This document shows, one piece after another, positions 37,283-46,636 of a DNA stretch of 64,000 nt. Position 1 is the first letter of the stretch; the number at the start of each line of letters is the position of its first letter. The stretch is taken from assembly GCA_041484665.1 (NCBI GenBank), contig JBGPIA010000002.1, positions 608,001-672,000 on the forward strand. Reading direction: 5' to 3'. Origin of the DNA: Candidatus Krumholzibacteriia bacterium. GTDB lineage: Bacteria > Krumholzibacteriota > Krumholzibacteriia > JAJRXK01. Both the position numbers and the translations under genes were made by a program. Below the pieces are notes generated by a model. The model was given only the letters and a program-made list of their open reading frames with translations. It made no database searches and was not told the origin of the DNA.

Positions 37283-38083
37283 ATGGGCAGGAAGGCGGTC
37301 ATGGGCACCTGGCGACCCGCGTACCGCGAGGGGTACGGTCGCCGGATGGCCCTGGCCGTGGCGCTGAGCTGCGTCGCGCTGGGCGCAGCGCCCTTCCTGC
37401 GCCTCAGCGCTGGGTGCTCCGGTCGGGGGACGGCCCGCAGCGTCGCGGGGCACACCGGCGCCCAGGGCGAGTTGCGCCTGCTGCCCGAGATCAACCTGGC
37501 GCACGCTGACGACGCGGTCACGCGCTGGCGTCAGCAGTCGATGGCCCGGGCCAGCCGCGGCGTGGATGTGCAGGTGGCGACCAAACCCGTCTCGACCGCG
37601 GCCACCCCGCCGGCGACCGCGCCCGACGCCACGACGCCGGATGCAGCCGCCCCTCCACCACGCGGCTTGCCACGCGCGGACGTGACCTGGCAGCAGCTGA
37701 TCGCGCCGACCGAACCGACCGGGCGGGAGGCCCGGACCCAGGTCGAGCTGAACCGCCCCAGCCAGCAGTCCCTCGAGTTCGTCCTCGTGAAGTTCGTCCG
37801 CCCGCGCTATCCGCAGGGCGTACCGGCGGCGCTCTTGATGCGTCGGATCGTCGTGCACGCGGCGATGTACGTGGGCACAGACGGCCGTGTCAGCGACGCA
37901 TACGTGATCCGCAGCGAGGGCGGCCCGCCATTCGACCGGGAGGTACTGTCGGCCATCCGCCAGTGGGAGTACCGCCCGCTGGTGGTGGACCGCGCTCCGC
38001 AGCCATTCTGGGACCAGATCAAAGTCACCTTCGTCGGCGTGCCGAGCGGCAAGGGCTCATCTGAGCCGAGTCCCGGGGGCTGA
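37283..38083 (+). CDS. TonB-family energy transducer (C-terminal TonB domain)
   Basis: N-terminal TM, Pro/Ala/Thr linker, PRYP..VGTDGRVSDAYVIRSEGGPPFDREVLSAIRQWEYRP. Confidence 0.8.
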   Translation: MGRKAVMGTWRPAYREGYGRRMALAVALSCVALGAAPFLRLSAGCSGRGTARSVAGHTGAQGELRLLPEINLAHADDAVTRWRQQSMARASRGVDVQVATKPVSTAATPPATAPDATTPDAAAPPPRGLPRADVTWQQLIAPTEPTGREARTQVELNRPSQQSLEFVLVKFVRPRYPQGVPAALLMRRIVVHAAMYVGTDGRVSDAYVIRSEGGPPFDREVLSAIRQWEYRPLVVDRAPQPFWDQIKVTFVGVPSGKGSSEPSPGG

Positions 38084-38090
38084 GCGCGCC

Positions 38091-39641
38091 TCAGTGCCCT
38101 CCCGTCGGTTCGCGCTGCTGCGGCTCGGCTCCGCCCGCGCCGGCCGGTTTTGACCGCGGGAAGGCGCCGATCGGGAACGGCACGATCGCGCCGCCGTCGA
38201 GCACGCGCAGCGCGGCCAGCCGGGTGTCGCCGCCGGGCTGCTCGCCCTGGCTCTCGCGCTCGCGCTGCTCGAGGGCGTCGCGCAGCGCGCCGCGGGTGCG
38301 CGCCCCGCCGGCCAGCCCTTCGAGGATCCAGGCAGTTGCGAGATAGGTCTTGAGCGCGAACGGGCTCGCGGGGTCGTCGCCGTGGGCCCGGCGCCAGGCG
38401 GCGTCGAAACGGTCGCGCTGCGCCGGCGACATCAGGGCCGTCTCTCCGGGAACCACGGCGCGGTCCAGATCGGCCGCCAGCTCGGCGGCCAGCGGAGCGC
38501 TGCTCCAGCTGCTGGGCCCCAGCAGCTGCACCTCGAGCTGGTAGAAGGTCAATTGCGGAGCGATGAGCCGCAGCTGGACTGGGCCGCACGGTAGGAAGAG
38601 TGCCTCGGGCGCCGCGGCGCGCAGGCGGCGCACGATCTCCTTGAAATCGGTCACGTCGCGCTCGAAGCCCTCCCGCGCGACGATGCGCCCGCCCCGGCGC
38701 TCGATCTCGCGCTGGAACATGTCGGCGGCGGCGCGCCCCTCGTCGTCGTCGGGGTGCAGCACGGCGAAACGGCGCTTGAGCAGCTTCTCGGTGGCTGCGC
38801 GCGCCAGCAGGCTCGTCTCGTAGGCCGAGGTGAGGTTGGTCTGGAAGACGTACCCGCCGATGTCGGAGATGGTCGCCTGCGTCGCGGTCGGCGAGACCAG
38901 CGGCACGGAGCGCTCCTGGCACACCGCGGCGGCGGCGATGGTGGTCGACGACAGAAGCTCGCCGACGACCGCCACCACGCCCTGCGCGTCGATCAGCTCG
39001 CGCGCGCCCAGCACCGCTCGCACGCCATCGCCGGCCGTGTCGCGCGACACCAGCTCCACTGGCTCGGCCGAGCCCTGGTCGTGCTCCTGCACGGCGATGC
39101 GCGCCCCTTCGACCATCGCCTGCCCCAGCGCCGCGTACTCGCCGGTCAGCGGGCAGAGCAGCCCCAGGCGCGCGCCGGAGGGCGCCGCCGCGGGCGGGCC
39201 CGCCGGTGGTCCGGGCACGGAGGTACGGCCCTGCAGCGCCGCCAGCAGCGCCTGGGCCGTGACCGCGCGCGCGTCGTTGGGGTAGCGCCGGACCAGCTCC
39301 TGCGCCAGGGCGGCCGCGCCGCGATCGTCGCCGGCCGCGCGGGCCGCGCGCGCGCCCAGCAGCAGCACGTCGCTCTCCTGCGGCGCCCCCGGGAATGCAT
39401 CCAGCCACCGCAGGGCGAGGTCCTGTGCCTGGGCGTGGCTGCCGGCGACCACCGCGGCCAGCAGCTCGTCGTAGCGGCGTGCGGCCTGCGCGCTCTGCTC
39501 GCGGGAGTGTGCCGGTGGGCTCGCGGCCGTGCCGCGCGGCCCGCCGCAGCCGGCGGCGGCCAGTCCGGCCAGGGCAGCCAGCGCGAAGCGCCGCGCGCCG
39601 CGTACGCCCGTGCGCCGCCGCGTCACGGCATCACCGCGCAT
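38091..39641 (-). CDS. LpoA/LppC-like lipoprotein (TPR + periplasmic-binding-protein type I domain), putative PBP activator
   Basis: Lipobox LAAAGC, TPR-like LVRRYPND, GLLCPLTGEYAALG, VVGELLS, TDFKEIV. Start is ATG 39641 or GTG 39626. Confidence 0.75.
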   Translation of the reverse strand: MRGDAVTRRRTGVRGARRFALAALAGLAAAGCGGPRGTAASPPAHSREQSAQAARRYDELLAAVVAGSHAQAQDLALRWLDAFPGAPQESDVLLLGARAARAAGDDRGAAALAQELVRRYPNDARAVTAQALLAALQGRTSVPGPPAGPPAAAPSGARLGLLCPLTGEYAALGQAMVEGARIAVQEHDQGSAEPVELVSRDTAGDGVRAVLGARELIDAQGVVAVVGELLSSTTIAAAAVCQERSVPLVSPTATQATISDIGGYVFQTNLTSAYETSLLARAATEKLLKRRFAVLHPDDDEGRAAADMFQREIERRGGRIVAREGFERDVTDFKEIVRRLRAAAPEALFLPCGPVQLRLIAPQLTFYQLEVQLLGPSSWSSAPLAAELAADLDRAVVPGETALMSPAQRDRFDAAWRRAHGDDPASPFALKTYLATAWILEGLAGGARTRGALRDALEQRERESQGEQPGGDTRLAALRVLDGGAIVPFPIGAFPRSKPAGAGGAEPQQREPTGGH

Positions 39642-40158
39642 GGGATCCGCGCAGATGCTCAAGGGCGAGCTCACGGTACTGCTGTGCATGGGCGAGGCGG
39701 GCTTGACGATTGGCGGTTTCCAGTTCGCGCTTGACCGTCGCCGGGACCCCCGCCACCAGCGTATCGGGCGGGATGAGCATCCGTTCGGGGACGACGGAGC
39801 CCGCGGCCACGATCGAATAGCTGCCGACAACCGCGCGGTCGAGCAACACGCTCTTCATCCCCACCAGGGCCCCCTCCTCGACGTGCGCCCCATGAATCAC
39901 GGCATGGTGCCCCACCGACACGTCGTGGCCGAGCACCACGGTGCTCTGATCGGTCGTGGCGTGGAGCATGCAGCCATCTTGGATGTTGCTGCCGCGCCCG
40001 ACGCGGATCGCTCCGCAGTCGCCGCGCAGGACGCTGCCCCACCAGACCGAGACGCCGTCCTCCAGGGTCACGTCGCCGATCACCACGACGTCGTCGGCAA
40101 GGTACACGCCGGCGCCGATGCGCGGGACCAGGCCGCGGTAGGCGCGGACGATCGCCAT
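39631..40158 (-). CDS. Gamma carbonic anhydrase family protein (YrdA-like)
   Basis: Hexapeptide repeats; VLRGD, SNIQDGCMLH, VGHHAVIHG. Confidence 0.93.
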   Translation of the reverse strand: MAIVRAYRGLVPRIGAGVYLADDVVVIGDVTLEDGVSVWWGSVLRGDCGAIRVGRGSNIQDGCMLHATTDQSTVVLGHDVSVGHHAVIHGAHVEEGALVGMKSVLLDRAVVGSYSIVAAGSVVPERMLIPPDTLVAGVPATVKRELETANRQARLAHAQQYRELALEHLRGSHAR

Positions 40159-40805
40159 CAGGGCTGCTCCTCGTCGTCTTGCTCGTCAGGCGGGTCGGGC
40201 ACCACGGGGCCGCCGGGCGCAGCGGGCCCGGGCGGGTCGGGGACGCTTGGGTCGTTCTCCGCGCCGCCCTCGGGCGCATCCCCACCCAAGAGCGCGGTGA
40301 GGTCACCCGTCGGCGCGTCCGCCGACTTCGACTCGATCTGCTTGAGCATCTTGTCGATCCCGCCGGCCGCGGCCTCGTCGCCGCCGAGCAGGTCGTGATC
40401 GAGCTGCAGCAGGCTGATCTGCTGGCTGGCGAGCAGCTCCTTGCTCAGGTAGATCGGGCAGCGCGCGCGTAGCGCCAGGGCCACCGAGTCGCTCGGCCGG
40501 GCGTCGATGGCGATGATCTCGTGGCCGCGGGTGATGAAGATCTTGGCGAAGAACGTGTTGTCCTTCAGCGCGGTGATGATGACGCGAGAGACGGTCCCGC
40601 CCAGACCGTCGACGATCTGCTTGAGCAGGTCGTGGGTGAGGGGGCGCTCGAAGTTGCGCTTGCGCAACACCATGTCGATGGCGGTGGCCTCGGACGGGCC
40701 GATCCAGATCGGCAGGTAGTGCTGGGTGTTGGGCACCTTCAGCAGCAGCACCGGGCTGCCGCTCTTCTTGTCCACCACCATCCCGCCGACTTTGACTTCG
40801 ATCAT
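40158..40805 (-). CDS. Bifunctional nuclease family (DUF151) protein with acidic low-complexity tail
   Basis: LPIWIGPSEA, RPLTHDL, IDARPSDSVALA. Confidence 0.93.
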   Translation of the reverse strand: MIEVKVGGMVVDKKSGSPVLLLKVPNTQHYLPIWIGPSEATAIDMVLRKRNFERPLTHDLLKQIVDGLGGTVSRVIITALKDNTFFAKIFITRGHEIIAIDARPSDSVALALRARCPIYLSKELLASQQISLLQLDHDLLGGDEAAAGGIDKMLKQIESKSADAPTGDLTALLGGDAPEGGAENDPSVPDPPGPAAPGGPVVPDPPDEQDDEEQP

Positions 40806-40861
40806 TCCTCCCCCAGGCCGCGGCGGCCGCCGGTCCGCAGCGGACCGGCGGGCCAGAAGGC

Positions 40862-40890
40862 AATATACCCGAGGGCCTCCAAGCGGGCAA
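40862..40890 (-). promoter_or_regulatory. sigma70-type promoter for DUF151 operon
   Basis: TTGCCC-17-TATATT, followed by an 11-bp GC hairpin (40827-40851) and GGAGG RBS. Confidence 0.7.
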
Positions 40891-40944
40891 TCGCGCGCGC
40901 CGGCGCCAGGAGCGCGGGCGTCGCGCCGACGCCTTGCGAACGCG

Positions 40945-42207
40945 TCACTGCTTGTCGCGCGCCGCGTTGATGCGCTGCTTCAGCGCGCCCGGATCCGAGG
41001 GCGGAGAGTTGCCCAGCAGCGTGGGCTCACGCCGCCCGAGGTTCTGCAACATCCATTGTGACTGCTCCACGAACTCGCTCTTGGGATAGTCCTTGATGAG
41101 CGTCTCGAACGCGTTGCGCGCCGCGGGCTCGTCCACGATCTCCTCGCTGTAGAGGAACCCCATCATGAACAGCGCGTTGGGCGCCAGCGGGTCCTTCGGG
41201 TACTGCTTCACGAGCGTGTGGTAGTAGCCGAGCTTGGCGTACGGATTGTGGCTCTCGGCGGCGATGCGGTAGAGCTGATCCGCGGTGCGCGCGTCCGCAT
41301 CGTTGTACTTGCCGAAGCGTCGCACGGCATAGGTTCGGTGCAGCTCCTCCACCTGCTGCAGGTAGCGCTGCCGCGCCAACGTCGGACGCAGGGTCGCCAT
41401 CACCTTGTCGCGCACCTTGTCCAGCGGCTCGACCTCGTCCTCGGTCTTGTTGGCGATGCTGATGATGTGCCAGTCCTCGCCGATCTGGATCGGGCGCGTG
41501 TAGGTGCCGGGCTCGAGCGCGAATGCGGCGTTGGTGAATTGCTTGTTGAAGCCGATTCCCATCACGTACCCGTCGCGATTGAACCAGCCGAGCAGGCCTC
41601 CGTTGTCCTTGCTGGAATCCTCGGTGTAACGCCTGGCGACGGCGTCGAAATGCTCCCCGCGCTGCAGGGCGGTGTACGCCTCGTCGATCTTCGCGCGGTC
41701 CTTGCATTGGATGTGCGAGCCCAGCGCGCGGCCAAGCTGGCGGAATTCATCGCGGTGATTGGCGTAGTAGTCCTTGATCTCGTCGCCGCTCGGCTGGACC
41801 TTGCGCTGGAACTCCTGCGCGTAGTAGCCCTGCCCGAGGATCGTGCGCGTCGACACGTCCAGCTGGTGCCGGATGTCGGGGTCGCGGTTGACCTTCGCGT
41901 CCAGCGCCGCCTTGTACACCACGGTCTCGTCGACCAGGAAGTCGAGGAATCGGTTCTCCCAGTTCTCACCCGAGAGGCGCTCCTTCATACCCTGGGGCAG
42001 CTCCTCGTAGCGCTTGTCGAAATACCCCTGAGTGATCTCGATATCCCCCACCTTGGCGATCACCGGCGTCACGTCCCCGGCCGCCTTGGGGTACGGGCCC
42101 GCAGGCTCCTGTTGGGTCCTGGCCTTGCCGCAGCCCGACAGTCCGGCAGCGCAGGCTGCCAGGGCGGCGCAGGCGGTCACGGCAAGCAGACCACGTCGAA
42201 CTTCCAT
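40945..42207 (-). CDS. Parvulin-type peptidyl-prolyl isomerase lipoprotein with C-terminal TPR
   Basis: Lipobox LSGC; SHI..FDAVARRYTED..GGLLGW..AAFAL..WHII; C-terminal YPKDPLAPNALFMMGFLY..YPKS. Confidence 0.88.
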   Translation of the reverse strand: MEVRRGLLAVTACAALAACAAGLSGCGKARTQQEPAGPYPKAAGDVTPVIAKVGDIEITQGYFDKRYEELPQGMKERLSGENWENRFLDFLVDETVVYKAALDAKVNRDPDIRHQLDVSTRTILGQGYYAQEFQRKVQPSGDEIKDYYANHRDEFRQLGRALGSHIQCKDRAKIDEAYTALQRGEHFDAVARRYTEDSSKDNGGLLGWFNRDGYVMGIGFNKQFTNAAFALEPGTYTRPIQIGEDWHIISIANKTEDEVEPLDKVRDKVMATLRPTLARQRYLQQVEELHRTYAVRRFGKYNDADARTADQLYRIAAESHNPYAKLGYYHTLVKQYPKDPLAPNALFMMGFLYSEEIVDEPAARNAFETLIKDYPKSEFVEQSQWMLQNLGRREPTLLGNSPPSDPGALKQRINAARDKQ

Positions 42208-42261
42208 CTCCGGCTCCCTCCTATGTGCGCGAAGCGGCGCGGTGCGCCCCCGCCAGCGCGG

Positions 42262-43347
42262 TCATAGATAGCGGTCGTCCCCGGATCGCTCCAGCTCCTC
42301 GATCAGGCGCCGTACATCCTGCGCCCGGTCGGCGGAGCAGACCAGGGTCACATCGGGCGTGTGCACCACGATCAGGTCCTTGATCCCTACCAGCGCCGTG
42401 AGGCGGTCGGGCCCGTAGACGATGCACCCCCCGCTATCGAGGGCCAACACCCGCCCCCGCGCCGCGTTTCCGGCGCTGTCGCGCGGCCACAGGTCCCGCA
42501 TTGCGATCCAGTGCCCCACGTCGTTCCACTCGAACGCCGCCGGCAGCACGGCCACGTTGGCGGCCCGCTCCATCAGGGCGTAGTCGATGGAGATCGAAGG
42601 AAGGTCCCCGTAGGCGGTTTTCAACGCCGCCTCGAACCGGGCGGTTCCCGGCGCCCCGGCGCGCGCCACGCCCACCAACGGCTCCACGGCCTGCGGCAGG
42701 TGCTGGCGCAGCCCGGCCAGGACCACCCCCGCCCTCCAGACGAACATGCCGCTGTTCCAGAGGTGGCGGCCCCCGCTCAGGTAGCGCTGCGCGGTGGCGC
42801 GGTCGGGTTTCTCGGCGAATGCCACGACCGTGCGCGCCGGCGCCGCGTTGGCGAGCTCCGGTCCCGCCTCGATGTAGCCGTAGCCCGTCTCGGGACGGGT
42901 CGGCGCGATGCCGAAGGTCAAGAGCAGGTCGGTGTGCCCCGCGATCTCCAGCGCGCGCTCCAGCGCGGAGCAGAAGGTCAGCGCCGGCGCGATCAAGTGG
43001 TCGCTAGGGAGCACCGCGAACGGCACGTCGCCGTCCTGCTCCTGCAGCACTGCAGCGGCTAGACCCACGGCAGCCGCCGTATTGCGCCCGATCGGCTCGC
43101 CGATGATGTGGTCGCGCGGAAATGCCGGCAATGCGTCCACCACGCCCTCGGTCAGGTCCGCGCCCGTGATGATCCACTGTCGTTCGCGGGGGACCGCCGG
43201 TTCGATGCGGGCGACGGTGGCCGCCAGCAACGGTCCGTCTGCGGTGAGGTCCAGCAGCTGCTTGGGACGCCGCCGCCGCGACAACGGCCAGAAGCGGGTG
43301 CCGCGCCCTCCCGCCAGAATGACCGCGTGTGCTGGGCGCGGCGTCAC
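42262..43347 (-). CDS. manC: Mannose-1-phosphate guanylyltransferase
   Basis: ILAGGRGTRFWPLSR..PKQ, EPIGRNTA, PSDH, ETGYGYI, WNSGMF, SIDYALME, WNDVG. Confidence 0.93.
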   Translation of the reverse strand: MTPRPAHAVILAGGRGTRFWPLSRRRRPKQLLDLTADGPLLAATVARIEPAVPRERQWIITGADLTEGVVDALPAFPRDHIIGEPIGRNTAAAVGLAAAVLQEQDGDVPFAVLPSDHLIAPALTFCSALERALEIAGHTDLLLTFGIAPTRPETGYGYIEAGPELANAAPARTVVAFAEKPDRATAQRYLSGGRHLWNSGMFVWRAGVVLAGLRQHLPQAVEPLVGVARAGAPGTARFEAALKTAYGDLPSISIDYALMERAANVAVLPAAFEWNDVGHWIAMRDLWPRDSAGNAARGRVLALDSGGCIVYGPDRLTALVGIKDLIVVHTPDVTLVCSADRAQDVRRLIEELERSGDDRYL

Positions 43348-43352
43348 CGGAC

Positions 43353-44723
43353 TCAGCCTTTTGCCCCGGTCCGGCGCAGGGCGGAATCGATCGCGCGCTG
43401 CAGCTCCGCGTGGTAGCGGTCGCGCAGGTCCTCGTCCTGCGCCTCCACGCGCACGACGAGCGCCGGCTGCGTGTTGCTCGCGCGCACCAGCCCCCAGCCG
43501 CGCTCGAAGGCGACCCGCACTCCGTCGATGTCCAGCACCGGGTATCGGGCGCGGAAGTGCTCCTTCACGTCGGCGACGACCTGGAACTTCACCTCGTCAG
43601 GGCAGTCCACCCGGATCTCCGGGGTCGCCGCCATGAGGGGCACGTCGCGCAACTGCTCGCTGAGCGGGCGGGCGTCGTCAGCCACGATCTCCAGCAGGCG
43701 CAGCGTGGCGTAGATGGCGTCGTCGAACCCGAGGTAGCGATCGGCAAAGAACATGTGGCCGCTCATCTCCCCGGCGATCGCCGCGCCGGTCTCCCGCATC
43801 TTCTGCTTGATGAGGGAGTGCCCCGTTTTCCACATGATCGGCTCGCCACCGTGGGCCGCCACGTCGTCGCGCAGCGTCTCGCTGCACTTCACGTCGAAGA
43901 TGACGCGGGCCCCGGGGCGCTGGCGTAGCACGGCGCGGGCGTACAGGATGAGCAGGCGATCACCCCACAGCACCTGCCCCTGGTCGTCGATGACGCCGAT
44001 ACGGTCGGCGTCGCCGTCATAGGCCACGCCCAGCTCGAGGTGCCGCTCGAGCACGGTGCGGCGCAGGTCCGCGAGGTTCGCTTCGACCGTCGGGTCGGGG
44101 TGGTGGTTGGGGAAGCTGCCGTCGGGCTCGTCGAAGAGCGCCACCGGGGAGAGCGCGAGGCGGCCGAACAGGCGCCCGGCTACCAGCGAAGCGGCTCCGT
44201 TGCCCGAGTCGTAGGCGAAGCGCGGAGCGCGCGCTAACCGCACCCGCCCCGTAAGGTCGTCCACGTAGGGCCCCAGCACGTCGCGCGCGACGAGCCGCCC
44301 GGCCCCGCGGGTAAAGTCCTCGCGCTCGATCAGCCGCGCCAGGTCCTGGATCTGGGCTCCGAAGAAACTCTCGTCACCCAGCAGGATCTTGAAGCCGTTG
44401 AACTCGGGCGGATTGTGGCTGCCGGTGATCTGGACCCCGGCTTCCTCAGGCCCGGTGACCACGCCGTGGTAGAACGCCGGCGTCGGCACGCGGCCGAAGT
44501 CGACCACGTCGCAGCCCGCGGCGCGCAATCCGCCGCTCAAGGCTGCGAGCAGCCCTTCGCCGCTGGGCCGCACGTCGCGCCCCACCGCCACCGTACGCTT
44601 GCCGGCACGCGAGATGACGGTGCCCAGGCCCCGCCCCAGGGCGTGCACGACCGCTGGCGTGAGGTCGCGGCCGACCACCCCGCGGATGTCGTACTCGCGG
44701 AAGATGTGCCTGGGTAGCTGCAT
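43353..44723 (-). CDS. Phosphomannomutase/phosphoglucomutase
   Basis: IFREYDIRG, TGSHNP (phosphoserine), DGDADR, GEMSGH, RASNTQP. Confidence 0.95.
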   Translation of the reverse strand: MQLPRHIFREYDIRGVVGRDLTPAVVHALGRGLGTVISRAGKRTVAVGRDVRPSGEGLLAALSGGLRAAGCDVVDFGRVPTPAFYHGVVTGPEEAGVQITGSHNPPEFNGFKILLGDESFFGAQIQDLARLIEREDFTRGAGRLVARDVLGPYVDDLTGRVRLARAPRFAYDSGNGAASLVAGRLFGRLALSPVALFDEPDGSFPNHHPDPTVEANLADLRRTVLERHLELGVAYDGDADRIGVIDDQGQVLWGDRLLILYARAVLRQRPGARVIFDVKCSETLRDDVAAHGGEPIMWKTGHSLIKQKMRETGAAIAGEMSGHMFFADRYLGFDDAIYATLRLLEIVADDARPLSEQLRDVPLMAATPEIRVDCPDEVKFQVVADVKEHFRARYPVLDIDGVRVAFERGWGLVRASNTQPALVVRVEAQDEDLRDRYHAELQRAIDSALRRTGAKG

Positions 44724-44748
44724 CGCCCCACGCCCGTGACCGGCCTGC

Positions 44749-45192
44749 CTAGGACCGCTCTACCACCAGCTGGACCTCCACGCGGACGTCGCGGTGCAGG
44801 TGGATGGGCACCGCGTAGGCGCCCAGCTGCTTGATGTGGTCGGGCAGATCGACCTGGCGCGGGTCGATGGTGAACCCCTTCTCGGCCAGGGCAAGGGCGA
44901 TGGTCTGCGCCGTCACGCTGCCGTAGAGCCGGTCCTCCTCCCCGGCGGCGGCGGCCAGCCGCAGGGCGACTCCCTGCAGCCGCTCGGCCACCGACTGGGC
45001 CGCATCCCGCTCGTGGGCGTCCTGCTTCTCCAGGCTCTTGAGGCGCGTCTTGAGCGTGCGCTCGCTGGCCGCGTCGGCCAGCACGGCCAGGCTGCGCGGG
45101 AACAGATAATTGCGCGCGAACCCCTTGGCGACGGACACGGTCTGGCCCCGCTTGCCCACCTTGTCCACGTCGTGGATCATGATGACCTTCAT
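44749..45192 (-). CDS. rplI: 50S ribosomal protein L9
   Basis: MKVI..GFARNYLFP, LYGSVT, IKQLG. Confidence 0.97.
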   Translation of the reverse strand: MKVIMIHDVDKVGKRGQTVSVAKGFARNYLFPRSLAVLADAASERTLKTRLKSLEKQDAHERDAAQSVAERLQGVALRLAAAAGEEDRLYGSVTAQTIALALAEKGFTIDPRQVDLPDHIKQLGAYAVPIHLHRDVRVEVQLVVERS

Positions 45193-45204
45193 GACTTCGT
45201 CCCC

Positions 45205-45468
45205 CTAGCGGTAATACTCGCGAACGAACGGAACCAGCGCGATGTGGCGCGCGCGCTTGACCGCCGCCGCCAGGAGCCGCTGGTGCTTGGCGCAAGTCCC
45301 CGTGTTGCGCCGCGGGGAGATCTTGCCGCGCTCGGTCATGAACTTGCGCAGCAGCTGGTCGTCCTTGTAGTCGACGAGCAGGTAGCCTTGCTCGCAGAAC
45401 CAGCACGGCTTGCGCCGCGCCATCTTCCGTGGATCGCGCGGCTTGGACTTCTTCTTCTTCTCTGCCAC
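45205..45468 (-). CDS. rpsR: 30S ribosomal protein S18 (Cys/Zn-type)
   Basis: [31 protein letters not shown]. Confidence 0.97.
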   Translation of the reverse strand: MAEKKKKSKPRDPRKMARRKPCWFCEQGYLLVDYKDDQLLRKFMTERGKISPRRNTGTCAKHQRLLAAAVKRARHIALVPFVREYYR

Positions 45469-45848
45469 TACTGACCCTCCTCCTCTTCGTCCTCGTCGAC
45501 GGTCTCGCGCGAGGCCAGCCGGGCGGCCCGCCGCGCCAGCGACGGCCGGTTACGCTCCTCCCACTCCTCGTCCTGGACGAAGAGGTGCCGCAGCACGCGC
45601 TCGTCCAGTCGGAAGGCGCGGTCGGCCTCGTCCACCAGCGTGTTGTCCGCGGTGAAGTGATAGAGGAAGTAGCTGCCGGTGGTCTGCTTGAGGATCTGAT
45701 ACGAGAGCCGCCGCTGACCCCACGCGTCCTTGCGGCGCACCTCGCCCCCGTGACTGGTCACGCTGGACTCGAAGCGCGTCAGGATGGCCTCGGTGTCGGC
45801 CTCCGAAGTCGCCGGATGCAACACCACCACGCATTCGTACTTGCGCAC
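45468..45848 (-). CDS. rpsF: 30S ribosomal protein S6
   Basis: [19 protein letters not shown], acidic tail. Confidence 0.96.
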   Translation of the reverse strand: MRKYECVVVLHPATSEADTEAILTRFESSVTSHGGEVRRKDAWGQRRLSYQILKQTTGSYFLYHFTADNTLVDEADRAFRLDERVLRHLFVQDEEWEERNRPSLARRAARLASRETVDEDEEEEGQ

Positions 45849-45854
45849 GAATCG

Positions 45855-45899
45855 CTCCCTTCGGTCTGGACGGCCCGCCGCGGGGCGGCGGGCAGGGAT
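45855..45899 (-). promoter_or_regulatory. S6:S18 autoregulatory leader RNA
   Basis: mRNA UCCCU-GCCCGCCGC-CCC-GCGGCGGGC-CG-UCCAGACCGA-AGGGAG: anti-SD/SD outer helix, inner hairpin and CCG motif directly upstream of rpsF. Confidence 0.75.
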
Positions 45900-45975
45900 G
45901 CCCGGGCGGAGAGGGTCCGCCGGGGCGATTCAATTGTCGGGGCGGCAGCGCAGGCGCCGCACGCAAAGGCTCCAG

Positions 45976-46004
45976 AGGATAGTCCGCGCGGCGGTGCGAT
46001 GCAA
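45976..46004 (-). promoter_or_regulatory. sigma70-type promoter of rpsF operon
   Basis: TTGCAT-17-TATCCT. Confidence 0.7.
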
Positions 46005-46045
46005 GGGTCCGGCGCGGGGCGGGCCGGCGGGATGCGCGGTTGGGC

Positions 46046-46636
46046 TCAGCCGTTGAAGCGGCGCATGGTCGCCTCCGGGCCCTCCTGGATCCAGCTCTCC
46101 AGGGCGTCGGCGGCGCGGTCCAGCATCTGCTCCACCGCTTCGCGCTCGTGCGGCTCGAACTCCTCCAGCACGAACTCGGCCAGGTCGGCCCCATCGGGGC
46201 CCGGCCCCACCCCCATGCGCAGCCGCGCGAAGTCGTCACTGCCCAGATGCTCGAGGACCGAGGCGAGGCCGTTGTGCCCGCCGGAGGTGCCGCGCGGCCG
46301 CACACGCAGTCGCGACAGCGGGAGGTAGACGTCGTCCAGCGCGACCAGGATGCGCGGAGCGGCTGGGCGCTCGATGCCCAGGTACTGGCGCACGGCGCGG
46401 CCGCTGAGGTTCATCTGAGTGGTGGGCTTGATCAGATGGACGCGGTGGGGGCCGAGGCCCGCGCGAGCGAAGAAGTAGTCCGCCCGCCCCGCCTGCAGGC
46501 GCGCGCGGCAGCGCCCGACCATGCGGTCGACCAGTCGCCACCCGAGGTTGTGGCGGGTGGCCGCATACCGGCTACCCGGATTGCCCAGGCCGAACACCAG
46601 CCAGTCCTGTCCCGGCTCGCCCTGCCCCCCGTCCAT
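46046..46636 (-). CDS. pth: Peptidyl-tRNA hydrolase
   Basis: ATG 46636 overlaps the rplY stop. GLGNPG..TRHNLG, KPTTQMNLSG, GGHNGL, RLRMGVG. Confidence 0.96.
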   Translation of the reverse strand: MDGGQGEPGQDWLVFGLGNPGSRYAATRHNLGWRLVDRMVGRCRARLQAGRADYFFARAGLGPHRVHLIKPTTQMNLSGRAVRQYLGIERPAAPRILVALDDVYLPLSRLRVRPRGTSGGHNGLASVLEHLGSDDFARLRMGVGPGPDGADLAEFVLEEFEPHEREAVEQMLDRAADALESWIQEGPEATMRRFNG

